The translations under genes and the position numbers were made by a program. The notes beneath the pieces are model-generated. The model was not told where the DNA came from and made no database searches. It saw nothing but the letters and a program-made list of their open reading frames with translations. Below, in pieces: positions 1 through 12,724 of a stretch of 64,000 nt of DNA. The stretch's first letter is position 1. Each line of letters begins with the position of its first letter. Origin of the DNA: Octopus vulgaris (Eukaryota). The DNA lies in the NCBI GenBank assembly GCA_951406725.2, contig OX597828.1, positions 29,388,001 to 29,452,000 of the forward strand, given 5' to 3'.

Positions 1-21
1 TAAACTTTCCTTATATATATA

Positions 22-73
<52 letters not shown>

Positions 74-683
74 GTATAAATATCAACACAATTATTTCTT
101 CTTCCTTTTTTTTTTCTTCTTAAAAAATAAATATATTCTTTAATATATATATATATAAGATACAAAATATACATTAAGTGAAAACTAAATACAACACTTT
201 AAACTATATACATTAAATCAAATTATTAATTAATATATTTATTTAATAAACATACAAATAAAGTCTAATACTCATTAAGCAATTTATACTAAAAATCTTA
301 ATATTAATTAATATACATAATGCTAGTACAAGCCATAAATACTGGAATCAACAATAAGAAATGGTAAAAATATAGACACACCCATTATATAAACTAACTA
401 TATAATTAATATATATGTAGTATCTATAGATTTAATATATCCCTCAATAATATAGTTGACCAAAATATCAATTAATATAAAAACTAATTTACTTAAATGT
501 AATACTACTTGATAAATATACCACCAAATTATTAAATAATGTATTGTCTAACAAAATTAATTCTCAAATTAAATTATATGTAATACATTAAATCCCTTTA
601 TAAAAATAATAATAAAGCATTCTAAATAAATAGATATCATAATTAATAACTATCAATATATATAAAAAGAATAATATTTCAAC

Positions 684-741
<58 letters not shown>

Positions 742-742
<1 letters not shown>

Positions 743-828
743 GAGGGGTATATGAAAAGGTTTAATCCTTGAAGTCTTGTACCATGTTTTGTTTATTTTG
801 AGGCTCAAGCCTTTTCATACACCCCTCG
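742..828. mobile_element. Ultra-short Tc1/mariner-type MITE (87 bp) in a (TA)n tract
   Basis: Left end CGAGGGGTATATGAAAAGGTTTAATCCT; reverse complement of right end CGAGGGGTGTATGAAAAGGCTTGAGCCT; TA on both sides; TA-CGAGGG is a typical mariner terminus. Confidence 0.85.
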
Positions 829-849
829 TATGCATATACATATATACAC

Positions 850-908
<59 letters not shown>

Positions 909-980
909 CATATATATGTATGTATGTATTATATATATATATATATATACATATACTTATACATACATATATACATATAT

Positions 981-1271
981 GTCTCTATTTGTATTTGTGT
1001 ACCATTTCTTGTTTTTTCCAGTCCTTTTTTGTCGTATACATTCGCTGCTTTCTACCAAGAAATCTAGTGCTCTCAGCTTAGATTTTCCTTGGGGCTTGCC
1101 AGATTGGAGCAATCTCGATTAAAACCAGCCGAAACTGGAAAGATAATCTGGATCTCGGCTGGCGAAAGAAAACTCCGAATAACCCGTCCTTGTCTTTTCA
1201 TGTCCCTTTTTGTTTCATCCAACTGTCTAGTTGTTTTTTTGTCGCTCTAGTTCCATTTTTTGTATTCTTTC
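981..1271 (+). mobile_element. (TA)n-flanked structured non-coding element, possibly a Penelope-like pseudo-LTR fragment
   Basis: Complex sequence bounded by TA-rich arrays; three hairpins (1055-1092, 1101-1115, 1125-1162), then CGAAAG-AAAA-CTC and a T-rich tail. Confidence 0.45.
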
Positions 1272-1323
<52 letters not shown>

Positions 1324-1433
1324 CTACATACGTGAATATATATTATTAGTTAATAAATCGTATGGTATATACCTGGTAGTTTGCCGGTAAAGCACGTTTA
1401 CTGTCTGAGTGTTTTGTTGGGTATTTGATAAAT

Positions 1434-1507
<74 letters not shown>

Positions 1508-2111
1508 AGATGAAGATGGGCGATACGAGAATCGTTATTGATCTCTAAAATTGTTTCGGTCCATCGAGCATCGATATCTTGCATGTGGGATTCTGAACAT
1601 CTGGTTTAGCTGTATCTCTCTATGTAGATGTGTCTCTTCAGGTGATGATTTTCAAGAGATGTATCATTAAAATTAACAGTTTCGCAAGATTTCTTCTTCA
1701 ACTTCGTATATAGAAGTGGCAAATTAAGATATACAGCTTATTCTTATAGAAAATCTATAACAAATATCATATACAAAAAGAAACAAGTACTCAATGCAGT
1801 GAAAAAGTATTAAATATAACTGTTAGTAGTTATGGTTGTAAAAAAACCCCACACATACGTGGTGCGGCGCAGGTACACTCGCTCGTACAAACGCACACGC
1901 ACATACAAGCACACAAAACATGCGTGGTTTGGCGCACATATGCTCCAACACAGAATTACGTAGATATTAATAAAGTCAGTGCCTATTACTGGTTAGTGAT
2001 ACGAATCCAGTTGGTGAGGAGTCAAAGATTCTGTTGCGTGGTCCACTGGTTCTGGCTGGTATACTTACAGCAGTTGTCCAGTCGTATATACGGACATAGA
2101 TACTGACTAAT

Positions 2112-2351
2112 GAAATAACCTATTTCTTTACTACCCACTAGGGGCTAAACACAGAGGGGACAAACAAGGACAGACATAGGTATTAAGTCGATTACATCGA
2201 CCCCAGTGCGTAACTGGTACTTAATTTATCGACCCCGAAAGGATGAAAGGCAAAGTCGACTTCGGCGGAATTTGAACTCAGAACGTAACGACAGACGAAA
2301 TACGGCTACGCATTTCGCTCGGCGTGCTAACGTTTCTGCCATTTCGCCGCC
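2112..2351 (-). mobile_element. tRNA-derived SINE, family C (Meta-domain-like), near full length
   Basis: Minus strand: A-box-like TGGCAGAAACGTTAG, B box GAGTTCAAATTCC, core TTTGCCTTTCATCCTTTCGGGGTCGATAAA..AAGTACCAG; close match to 42728-42961. Confidence 0.9.
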
Positions 2352-2814
2352 AACCGATAGCCTGGAGAAGGCACCAGTGCCAGGGTAAGGACCCCCAGGC
2401 TAGACAGGCGTAGGTATTTTGCGTTTTCGTCTGACGGTGAGGGATATTTATTGAGAGTCTCAAGATGATATTTTTCTCACTTTAAGCGGTATACGCGTGC
2501 GCGCGCGAATGTATGTATTTGTTTTCCCGCCCTCCATCGCTTGACAACCGGAGTTGGTTTGTTTATGCCCCTGCAACGTAGCAGTTCGGTAAAAAGATAT
2601 CGATGGGATAAGTGCCAAGCTTAAAATAAAATAATGGGGCCAATATGTTCCGAAAGAAATTCAAAATCGAATCGTAATCTCGGTGAGCAGAGATACTGTT
2701 CTCAACACACAACAATGAAAAACCACACGGAATTGCACACAAAAACGGATGATATATTCTCAACGTCAGAATGACGTAAAACTCAATAACATTCTTTCTA
2801 TGCTCGTCATCACG

Positions 2815-2883
<69 letters not shown>

Positions 2884-3008
2884 ATATGCATATACGTACA
2901 TGCACATGCACACACATTCATGGTGACGCACACTCAGATGCACACATTTATTCATACATGTACGTTATATTATGTTTATATGTATATATCTATATATATC
3001 TATATCTA

Positions 3009-3047
<39 letters not shown>

Positions 3048-3073
3048 ATATAAATATATATATATATATATAT

Positions 3074-3138
<65 letters not shown>

Positions 3139-4559
3139 CGAGTGTGTGTGTAAGTGTGAATGTACATGTGCAGTTACTTCATCTTCATGCGTATATCACT
3201 TGCACACATACACGCACAAACACACACATACACATGTACACATACGCTTCGTTATTGGCGAGACGAAAGAAACTTCGTTACGGTGTGGTGAAGATAAACA
3301 AACAAAGCACATCGCGCCTTGCCGGTGTTAACATTATTTACAGGTGGTGGAGTGGCAGAGACGGTTGTGGTCTAGACAAAACTTACCATACAACCTTTAG
3401 TCTAATTGTTTCTGTGGAGCTGACTATAGTACATAAACTCTATAGTAGTAATGTATTAGGGTCAATTCAATCGGCTATAACCATTCTCTCGCGCCAAAGT
3501 TGAGGTCAAAGGCTTTAAGGGTGACGGAGTCGGAAAAGCAAGATACTTAAACTTAGTCTTTTTTGTATAATTTCATTTATATAAATTGCTTGTAGGAACA
3601 CCGTGTTTCGTTTTGCAACGATGATATTCTACCAAGCATACCAAAAGTTTATAAGTCAATCTTGTGTCCTACTTTTGTGTTAGTAGAAGCGATACAATCT
3701 CGCCTGACGCGCTAACAATTCGACACATGTCCAATAGGCTTAAGTAGGAATAAATAAGGCCTCACCTTAAGGGGACAGCTCAGTGTCGAGAACAGTGGAG
3801 AGAAGTTTTCGATGACCTAAGCTCCAAAGAAAGCGAAGAACTTAACTGAACTGAACTAACGTATCTGGATTAGAGCATTATTTATCGACTTCTAAAAGAA
3901 TTTGACCTCAGCAATATTTCAACTCAGAGAGCGGAAAGTCGGAATACAAACCGAAAACCATTCCCGTCCTACGCTCGAACGACTCGGACAATTCCCCGCC
4001 CTAAGTAGAGAGGAAAAAAAATATACTGATGGAGTTTGTGAAAAGATCAATTGATATTTTTTAATATCACTCAATAGCCAACAACAGCCAATCAATCAAT
4101 TCGATTTAGGTAGAGAACTGATTAGATATTTTATTGAAAGATCTTTTGTTACTTTTTCAATAAATCATTCAATAACAAATAGCAGAAGATCGATAAATTT
4201 TGATTCAGTTAGTATCGTTTAGGTGTTTTATGTCTTCCCATACAAAAAGGGTCATTTGTTCGCAGTGCTTGGTTGTCTTTATATGTGTTTTTTTGTTTCT
4301 TAATAGAAAGGTGTACTTCGTTTCGAGTGAGGTGACAAACAAAATACAAAGAAAAAGATATTTATTCGAGTTGCATGCAATTAAGCTCTCATTTGCATAG
4401 CTGCTATTGTTACTTTTATTGTTTAGTCTCAAGTCGGCCTTGAAACAAACAGATCTATGATCAAAAGCGGTTCAGCCTAATCAGTTCATCATTTTTCATT
4501 TAAAATACATATCCATCCATCCATATTCGCCGCCCATTATTCCTGGGGCATCATGGTGA

Positions 4560-4932
4560 AAGTGTCCTCAGGATCCTCCTCTTCAGGGTCCTGTCAGAAG
4601 CAACCGTCACTACAAATCCTCAAGCGTGTTTCCCAGGCGTGTCAAAAGGAGACTATGAATAAAATCCAACCATCTCGTTCATGGTCTTCCCGATAGGCCT
4701 CCTGCCAGATGGCTCGTCTTAAAGAATTCATCTTGCGATTCTTTCTTGCAACATTCTAATCCTGTGTCCACAGTATCGTCGCTGTGATCGCTCAATGCAG
4801 AGAAGAAATGACTTGATCTGAAAAGACTTCTTGATCTCCGAGCTGTATACCCTCTCGAATAATGTTACTCCATAGAGTCATCGGAGGGACACCATTTCGG
4901 TCGCTTGTATTCGTGACTCTATTCTCTTCGGT
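4560..4932 (-). mobile_element. Decayed RTE-clade LINE, ORF C-terminus and 3' end
   Basis: Minus translation SRIQATEMVSLR*LYGVTLFERVYSSEIKKSFQIKSFLLCIERSQRRYCGHRIRMLQERIAR*IL*DEPSGRRPIGRP*TRWLDFI matches the RTE pattern (GH..RM...R......G.RP.GRP..RW.D). Confidence 0.85.
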
Positions 4933-5459
4933 TATATATATATGTAAACTTCTCATGTTCGTGTGTTTACACGTATTATATCAGACCCTGACATTGTGTG
5001 GACTGGGTTTCTCGCTGGCAAGCCTCTGCTATTAAATGAAGTGTTCGACTCTTGTAGTCTTCAAATTGGTGGCTCCAAATCCCTAAAGCTACTGGATTTG
5101 CTGTGTATAGAAACAAATTGACTGCTCCTTTCCCTGAGATTGTTGAGTGATGTAGAGTGATCTGTTATAAGATTCAACAAGGGTCAAAAGCCGATTCCGG
5201 TTGTTCGTCATTTGTTTCAGTCTAAGGAGAAATTGGTTAAATTTGACATTTTTGCTTTCCTCACTCACTCACTCACTCACTCACTCACTCACTCACTCAC
5301 TCACTCACTCACACTCTCACTCACTCTCTCTCTCTCTCTCTCTCGCTCCACACATGTTTATATAAGACTACATTGTTCTGAAAGAGTGATGCAATTCGAG
5401 GGAGTTGGTTGCTATTTGTAGCAAGACTAGTGACCATATTGAGGCGTCTACGTTAGCTT

Positions 5460-6190
5460 GTTGTTGTTATTGTTGTTGTTGAGTAACCAAAATGAGATCT
5501 ATTTGTTGTTACTGAGCATCCACAATCAGATCTGTTTGCCGATTATCCACGATCAGATGTTTTGTTTTTTGAATATTTACAATGAGTCTGTCATTATTGA
5601 ACATCCACAACGGATCTGTTTGCTCTAAAGTAAATTTCCTCGACCAGATCTCTTAGTTGCTATTGAATATTCACCAGACATTGTTTGCTATTGTTGTGCA
5701 TACAAGTTCAGATATCTTAGCTGTTGTTGAATACCCATTATCAGAAATGTTGTTAATAATGGCTCAGTGGTTAGAGCGTCGAGCTTACGATCGTGAGGTT
5801 GTGAGCTCGAATCCCGGACCGGGCTGCGTGTTGTGTTCTTGAGCAAGGCACTTTATTTCACGTTGCTCCAGTTCACTCAGCTGTAGAAATGAGTTGCGAC
5901 GTCACAGGTGCCAAGCTGTATCGACCTTTGTCTTTCCCTTGGATAACACTGGTGGCGTGGAGAAGGGAGGCTGGTAAGCATGGGCGACTGCTGGTCTTCC
6001 ATAAACAACCTTGCCCGGACTTGTGTCTAGGAGGGTAACTTTCTAGGTGCAATCCCATGGTCATTCATGACCGAAGGGGGTCTTTACCCCTTTAGTATGC
6101 ACAATCAGTTCTGTTGTTTGTCACCATGTGCCTACGATCAGATTTGATTCTTCTTATTCAGTATTAACAATGTTTGTTGTCATTATGCAG
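5460..6190. repeat. Degenerate ~30-bp minisatellite (TTGTTGAGTATCCACAATCAGATCTGT-like) interrupted by a SINE
   Basis: Recurring CCACAATCAGATCTGTT-like units before 5757 and after 6094. Confidence 0.55.
5758..6094 (+). mobile_element. tRNA-derived CORE-like SINE, family B with tail X
   Basis: A box TGGCTCAGTGGTTAGAGCG, B box GAGCTCGAATCCC, CORE-like TGTGTTCTTGAGCAAGGCACTT shared with 36812-37134; different 3' half. Confidence 0.85.
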
Positions 6191-6435
6191 TAACGAGGAG
6201 GGCTGTTTCCAAACTGAGCATATTCTTCATTCCCCAAAAAACAAATCAAAGAAGTTCCGTCATTCTGAAAACTTATTAAATTAGCTCACTTCTGCCTTCT
6301 AAATTACTGAAAGGAAATTGTGTAGAACTACTTATAAACAAGATAGTGTTCAGCAGAATTCATCCACATAATGTAACAATAATGTTTACATTTACAACTC
6401 GGTTTTTGTAAGTGGTTCTGCGCTACATGTTTTAA

Positions 6436-6656
6436 CCCTTTAGTGTTCACATTATTCTGCCAAAATTAATGCTTTTTTATCCACATTGTTTTGAACTAAT
6501 CATGCATTATCTTGTAGCTTTGAGATTTTGATGAGGTAGCTGTTCATTTTTAAAACGACATTGTAGGATTGGTGTGAGAGACCAGATCTGGCCAGTTTGA
6601 ACATAAAACAGGTAGAATACTTTTGGCCGGATATGGCCAGTTTAAATGCTAAAGGG
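6436..6656. mobile_element. piggyBac-type MITE, 221 bp
   Basis: TTAA on both sides (6432-6435, 6657-6660); TIR CCCTTTAG/CTAAAGGG; second same-length copy at 42221-42441. Confidence 0.9.
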
Positions 6657-7106
6657 TTAAAGGACACCTCGTCTTCCATTCAACTATCCATGCCATGATA
6701 TAAGGACTTTAACTTTTAAATGTGCCTAACTCATATTTTACTTGTGTTTGGAATGCCATTGCTTATTTATACAGGAGGTTTTCTTTATGTCCGCTGAGAC
6801 GAATCAGTTCTTAATTTGCCATAGGATAGGGAATTCGCACAACAAGCGGTGCAATAGGATTATCTCGATCTATGCATCGTTGGCCTTTGAAAATTAATTA
6901 ATCGTTTCGCAATAGGAAACCTTGTTACTGGCTGCTCTACAAGCTCTACGACCACTGATACGTAAAGCTACGAATAAAACACTGCTATAAGACGATTGGG
7001 TGGAGCTGTTTGGATGTCGAGGAATTGACGCGGCTGACCACACATTCAGCCTGTTTTGGCGTCAATGGGTCGATCCGTGGTTAGGGAAAACGATATTTGC
7101 CGAAGA

Positions 7107-7120
7107 TGCCCTCTAGCGGC
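7107..7120 (-). promoter_or_regulatory. Candidate CTCF-binding site
   Basis: Minus strand GCCGCTAGAGGGCA fits the CTCF core CCRCYAGRKGGCR, in non-repeat, locally GC-richer sequence. Confidence 0.45.
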
Positions 7121-7127
7121 TGTGCCT

Positions 7128-7479
7128 ATCCTTTTACCAAAGTTCTGTTCAAACAGAACTGGCCTAAACAAAATCTGCAACAACAACAAAGCATGTGCTA
7201 TGAAATAACAAAGAAAACCCTACATGGTTGCTCGATTTACAAGAAAAAGCAGCCAAGTTTCCCTGAAATCACTTTGTACGGTCTGAAAAAAAAGAGAGGT
7301 TACGCTGAATAATATAGTTATAGAAATATTATATTTGAAAGCAATACAGGGTAGCCATAACTCTAAAAATCTTTGATCATCGATCTGCTCGATCAGACAC
7401 TGGCCTGTGGTTAAACAAAAACAACACTTGCTATTCTACTGATTAAGGAGCAAAATCAACGCTAGCAGGATTTGAACGT
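7128..7479 (+). repeat. Direct duplication, copy 1 (~352 bp)
   Basis: Near-identical to 8495-8845 from ATCCTTTTACCAAAG to GCAGGATTTGAACGT. Confidence 0.95.
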
Positions 7480-7939
7480 AGACTATATTTGTAGTGCCTA
7501 CATACACATAGCAGCAATTTAACAAATGGAAGGCAAACTGTTATGATAAGATTTACTTAACTATGAAATAGTTATGTCCTCGATATCACGCCAGCTATAG
7601 CAGCTGACAATATCCCTTTTAAGTTCCTTAAATAATGATGTCAGGGTCCTACTTTAAAAACAAACATAAGGCTTCAAACTTTTGGGGGAGGGGAGAGAAC
7701 TGTCGATTCTATCGGAAGTAGTACCTCACTGGCCAAATTTAACGGAGCACACACACACACATCACACACCAGACCACACACCTACTCTCACTCTCTTCCG
7801 CCCCCTGTCTCTCACTTTTTTTTCTCTCTCTCTCACACACACAAACACACACACGCACACACACACACACACAGATACACACATACATACACACACACAC
7901 ACACACAACCCCCCCCTACAGCATTTCAAAATTTACACA

Positions 7940-8228
7940 AAGGGGTTTCAGTTTCGGCCCAAGGGTGTGGTACTATAGCCCCAGGTGACCAAATGCTTTG
8001 TGAGTGAATTTGGTAGATGGAAAGTATGTGGAAGTCCGCTGTATATACATATATGTGTGTGTTTTCCCTCACCGCATTACAACCGCTGTTGTTTTGTTTT
8101 CGTTTCCTGAATTTAGAATAAGTACCAAACTTTAAAAAAAATCAGTACTGGGATCAATTTGTATAATTAAACCCATCAAAGCGGTGCCCCTGCATGGCCG
8201 TGGTCCAAATAACTTAAACAAATAAAAG
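7940..8228 (+). mobile_element. Diverged family A SINE
   Basis: Degenerate GGTTTCAGTTTC, TACTATAGCCCCAGG, TGTGAGTGAATTTGGTAGATGGAAA and GCGGTGCCCCTGCATGGCCG blocks. Confidence 0.7.
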
Positions 8229-8494
8229 AATCGATTTTCTAACGGCTCTGTCAACTCTCCGCCTTAATCTCAGTAAACTAAGTACCTGTAATATTTTGGG
8301 GTTGAGCCATGTGTACTTTTAAACCACAAAAAGGTGCGTAAAGAACATCTATGTAAAAGCTCGGACTACTAGAAAGGGCAACCAACTATGCCTCAAACCA
8401 TAACCTATCATCTTAAACATAAGCACTGTTGTTTAGTGTTATCTGGAGTATACCATAACTATTTACAAATAAGATGGAGTGGTCATGGCTGGAA

Positions 8495-8845
8495 ATCCTT
8501 TTACCAAAGTTCTGTTCAAACAGAACTGGCCTAAACAAAATCTGCAACAACAACAAGGCATGTGCTATGAACCAACAAAGAAAACCCTATATGGTTGCTC
8601 GATTTACAAGAAAAAGCAGCCAAGTTTCCCTGAAATCACTTTGTACGGTCTGAAAAAAAGAGAGGTTACGCTGAATAATATAGTTATAGAAATATTATAA
8701 TTGAAAAAAATACAGGGTGGCCATAACTCTAAAAATCTTTGATCATCGAATTGCTCGATCAGACACTAACCTGTGGTTAAACAAAAACAACACTTGCTGT
8801 TCTACTGATTAAGGCGCAAAATCAACGCTAGCAGGATTTGAACGT
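8495..8845 (+). repeat. Direct duplication, copy 2 (~351 bp)
   Basis: Near-identical to 7128-7479. Confidence 0.95.
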
Positions 8846-9805
8846 TGAACATAAAATGTCTTCAGCACTTCCTTGAAATGTTGTGGTATTTGAAGTTTGA
8901 AAGAGGCAGCAACGATCTAGTTGGCGTAAATCCTTTAAATTCAGCCCAGTTTTCAACTGATTTACGCTAAATAGATAGAATTCTATTCACATATGATTTA
9001 TTTATGTTTGTTATGGTAATTTGCATCAATAAAGCGGCACCACGGTTCATTTGCTCTTAGCGCACTATTTAATTTGGTTGAAAGCAAATTAGCGCTCCCT
9101 TTCTACCCGCAAAATTTTGCCTGCGTCTGCAAAGAATATTTCATATTTATTGATTAATTTTTTCTCCCCTGATTATAAAACAAATTTTTGTTGGGAAAAT
9201 AATTATTGTCGATTAAATCAATTATAGTATCCTAGAGATATTGTTTGTTTTTGTACATCCGGAAAATTTAGATGTAAAGCCAACCTCCAGTAGAATTTAA
9301 ACAGAGGAATATTGAAGAATACTAAGCTCCCCTTTTTCAACAGCAATGCCTCCTGTTCGGTGTTCAATTGTATGTATTAGGTATTTGAAATAATTTCGGC
9401 CACTTTAAAAAGAAGTATTTCTGTTGCAGCCTATTAATTACAATATAGGCAATAATAGAAATAGGTTATAGGAACTAGGAGTACGTTAGGGCTCGTGTGC
9501 TTGAGCTTGAGAAAGAGAGTGGGAGTTAGATGCTGTAAGCCCTCTCCACCACTCTCTGAGCTGAAAATTAAGGGGACTCTCCAATTCCTTTGCAATAAGC
9601 AGCAGAAATGAGGTAGGAAAGGAGTGGAATTAAACATTATAAATACTCTTACTCTTGACCTAAGAAGTAAAGAAATGCCACCTCCGGGGACTCATTCAAG
9701 TTTCCATCGTTAAATATAGTCAACTACTCGCAGAAAATGCCGAGTTAAAGTAGTTAAATTTATGCGTTGATTCCTGGCAAATATGTTCAGTGTCCGAAGT
9801 CAGAG

Positions 9806-10185
9806 GGAAGCACTCCGTCGGTTACGACGATGAGGGTTCGGGTTGATCCGAATCAACGGAACAGCCTGCTCGTGAAATTAACGTGTAAGTGGCTGAGCAC
9901 TCCACAGACACGTGCACCCTTAACGTAGTTCTCGGGGATATTCAGCGTGACACAGAGAGTGACAAGGCCGGCCCTTTGAAATACAGGTACAACAGAAACA
10001 GGAAGTAAGAGTGAGAGAAAGTTGTGGTGAAAGAGTACAGCAGGGATAACCCCCCCCCCTGCCGGAGCCTCGTGGAGCTTAGGTGTTTTCGCTCAATAAA
10101 CACTCACAATGCCCGGTCTGGGAATCGAAACCGCGATCCTATGACCGCGAGTCCGCTGCCCTAACCACTGGGCCATTGCGCCTCC
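9806..10185 (-). mobile_element. Full-length tRNA-derived SINE with tail Y and a non-CORE middle
   Basis: Minus A box TGGCCCAGTGGTTAGGGC, B box GGTTTCGATTCCC; 3' part matches 36950-37134; TSD CCGAAGTCA(G/A)AG at 9794-9805 and 10186-10197. Confidence 0.9.
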
Positions 10186-10534
10186 CCGAAGTCAAAGACA
10201 CACATAATGTCACAACGTCAGTTAACAGGGCAATAGGCGAGAGGAAATTTTGTGCCAGGGGACAACGGCCTTTGTTCATCTCTTGTCACACAGCAAATAT
10301 GTGATAAGTCGCACAAGGTTTCAATTCTCATTCGAAGCAGATTCTTTCGCTCTATTAACCTCTCCAAAGAAAACATAGACGGGAAAAATATTCTTATCCA
10401 GTACAAATTTCTATCCAAAATAACTTTATTGTGTTCATATCAGCCTAGAACAGTCCTTGAAGGCGATTTATTTGAATTCCTATTTATGGTGGAGGTAAAA
10501 AAAAAAACTGAATAGATAAGGCATGTTTACGCTT

Positions 10535-10850
10535 ACATACATACGTACGTACATACATAAATACATACATACATACATACATACATAAATACATACAAAC
10601 ATACATACATACATACATACATTCATACATACATACATACATAATACATACATACATACATACATACATACATAAATACATACATACATACATACATTCA
10701 TACATACATACATACATACATACATACATACATACATACATACATTCATACATACATTCATACATACATACATACATACATACATACATTCATACATACA
10801 TACATACATACATACATACATAAATACATACATACATACATACATTCATA
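10535..10850. repeat. (CATA)n microsatellite
   Basis: Long imperfect CATA array. Confidence 0.95.
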
Positions 10851-11247
10851 CGCATATTAAGCATACATTCATGCACAAATACACGCGTGCACACACACAC
10901 ACATATATATATATAGGTATACACTGAGATTGCACGACAGATAAGAGTGGGAGAGAGGGAGAGAGAAGAGAAAAGGGAGACAGAGAGAAAGAGAGAGACA
11001 AAGAGAGACAGAGAAATAGAGAGAAAGTACTGGAAAAGAAATAGAGAGAAGGAGAGTGAGAGAGAGAGAGAAAGAGTGAGATAGAAAGAAAGAGAGAGAG
11101 AGAGAGAGGAGGTAGAAAAATATGAAATAGGAAATTGAAAATATCTGAATAAATAAATCAATCAATAAAGAGGAAAGAGAGAAGTTAAGAGAGCAGGAGA
11201 CAACGAGATAAATAATTTGGTAAGCAGTAAGAAGAGAGAGAGAGAGA

Positions 11248-11286
<39 letters not shown>

Positions 11287-11429
11287 GAGATAATTAAGGA
11301 ATAATTTAAAGGAAGCGAGTGCAAGTAGTATGAGAAAAGCAGAAGATGAACTGAAGACAGACATTAAACGATACAAAACAATTTTTTTTAATTAACTGAA
11401 AAAATGAAGATTAAAAAGAAAAAGTACAA

Positions 11430-11462
<33 letters not shown>

Positions 11463-12724
11463 GAATAACCGAACTGAGTTACACACACAAAGGTTACTCA
11501 TGGAAATATTTCAATGGATAATTGCTGCAGTAATTTGGTGAATCTACTGCGTCTCATTCTAACAAGCGAGTGTAGGACGTTTTGAAAACTGTAAGTCAGT
11601 AAGCTTGTGTCATGGTGGACGATATCTATCGATTAATCGTCTGCTTGACGGATAGGACTTTCTGTTTGATTAAATCTGGCTGAGGGCATCTATAAACAGT
11701 GAATTGACTGCATTGCTGCAAATTTGGAGTTGGTGCTGTTTAAATTAGAACTCTGTTGTAGGGGGAAGCAGAAGAAATATTAGAAACATAGGCGATATAA
11801 ATATTAATATCGCAGTGTTTGCTATATTATTAATATTAAGTGGATTGGCAGAATCGGTAAAGCGTTGAACAAAATGTTTTACTGTATTCAGATACAGGAC
11901 CTTCATATTTTGAGTTCAAATCTTATCGAGGTTGATCTTGTCTATTATCGTTCGGGTGTGGGTGGGTAAAATAAAAGCCAGTCAAGTACTTGGGTTTATC
12001 TCTTAAAACTTGTGTCATTGTGACTGATTGTGCTAGAAATAGCTCTCCATAATGATGGGTTACTGGAAAATAAACCAGGGGTTCAGCAGTTCGTATCTGA
12101 GTAAGGGCCAAGCACTGTATTCATGGCCAATTTATTTAACTTGCAACTTGGACAATCAACAAAACTAAAGTCCCAGGCACTTACTCAGGTCTGATTACTG
12201 ATCAATTAGTCCTTCATAAATTTGTGGCCCTGTGCAAGATCTTTATTGTTATTTGGGGTTAAGGCAGCGAGCTAGCAACATCATTTGCACGCCACATAAA
12301 ATGCTAAGCGGCATTTCTTTGCGTTCTGAGTTCAAAAACCTCCTAGTCGATTTTGTCTATAATCCTTTCATCTTTGATAAAATAAAGTACCAGTCAACTA
12401 CTGGTGTCGGTGTAATCGACACAAACCCCTTTGTCTAAAATTAGTGACCCTGTGCCAAAGTTTGAAACAAAACTTATATAGGGTCGGTTTAGTTGATAAC
12501 CTCCTCCATCACCGAAATTTATGATTTTGAGCCTACTTTAGAAGCGAAGCAGTGGGGGAAAATACCTTGTCCAACTCTATAGGTTCTGAGTTCGAATCTT
12601 GCTGATGTCAACTTTAATTTAATCCTGTCGGGATCGATAAGATAAAGCATCAGTCAGGTGCCATGGTTTATTCAACTGACCAACACCCTTCCCCCAGATT
12701 TTTAACCTTACTAGAAACAGTTAT

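Noticed and set aside
2063-2110. Minus-strand GTAAGT donors at about 2068 and 3386 as exon ends
   Set aside because: Acceptors are weak or ambiguous and no coherent reading frame links them
5758-5830. tRNA-like A/B boxes here and at 10110-10185 and 36815-36880
   Set aside because: No complete cloverleaf; each continues into a SINE body, two with TSDs
7097-8700. Two near-identical ~72-aa ORFs suggesting a duplicated small gene
   Set aside because: They lie in a duplicated repeat-derived segment, have different starts outside the duplication and differ by a frameshift in an A run
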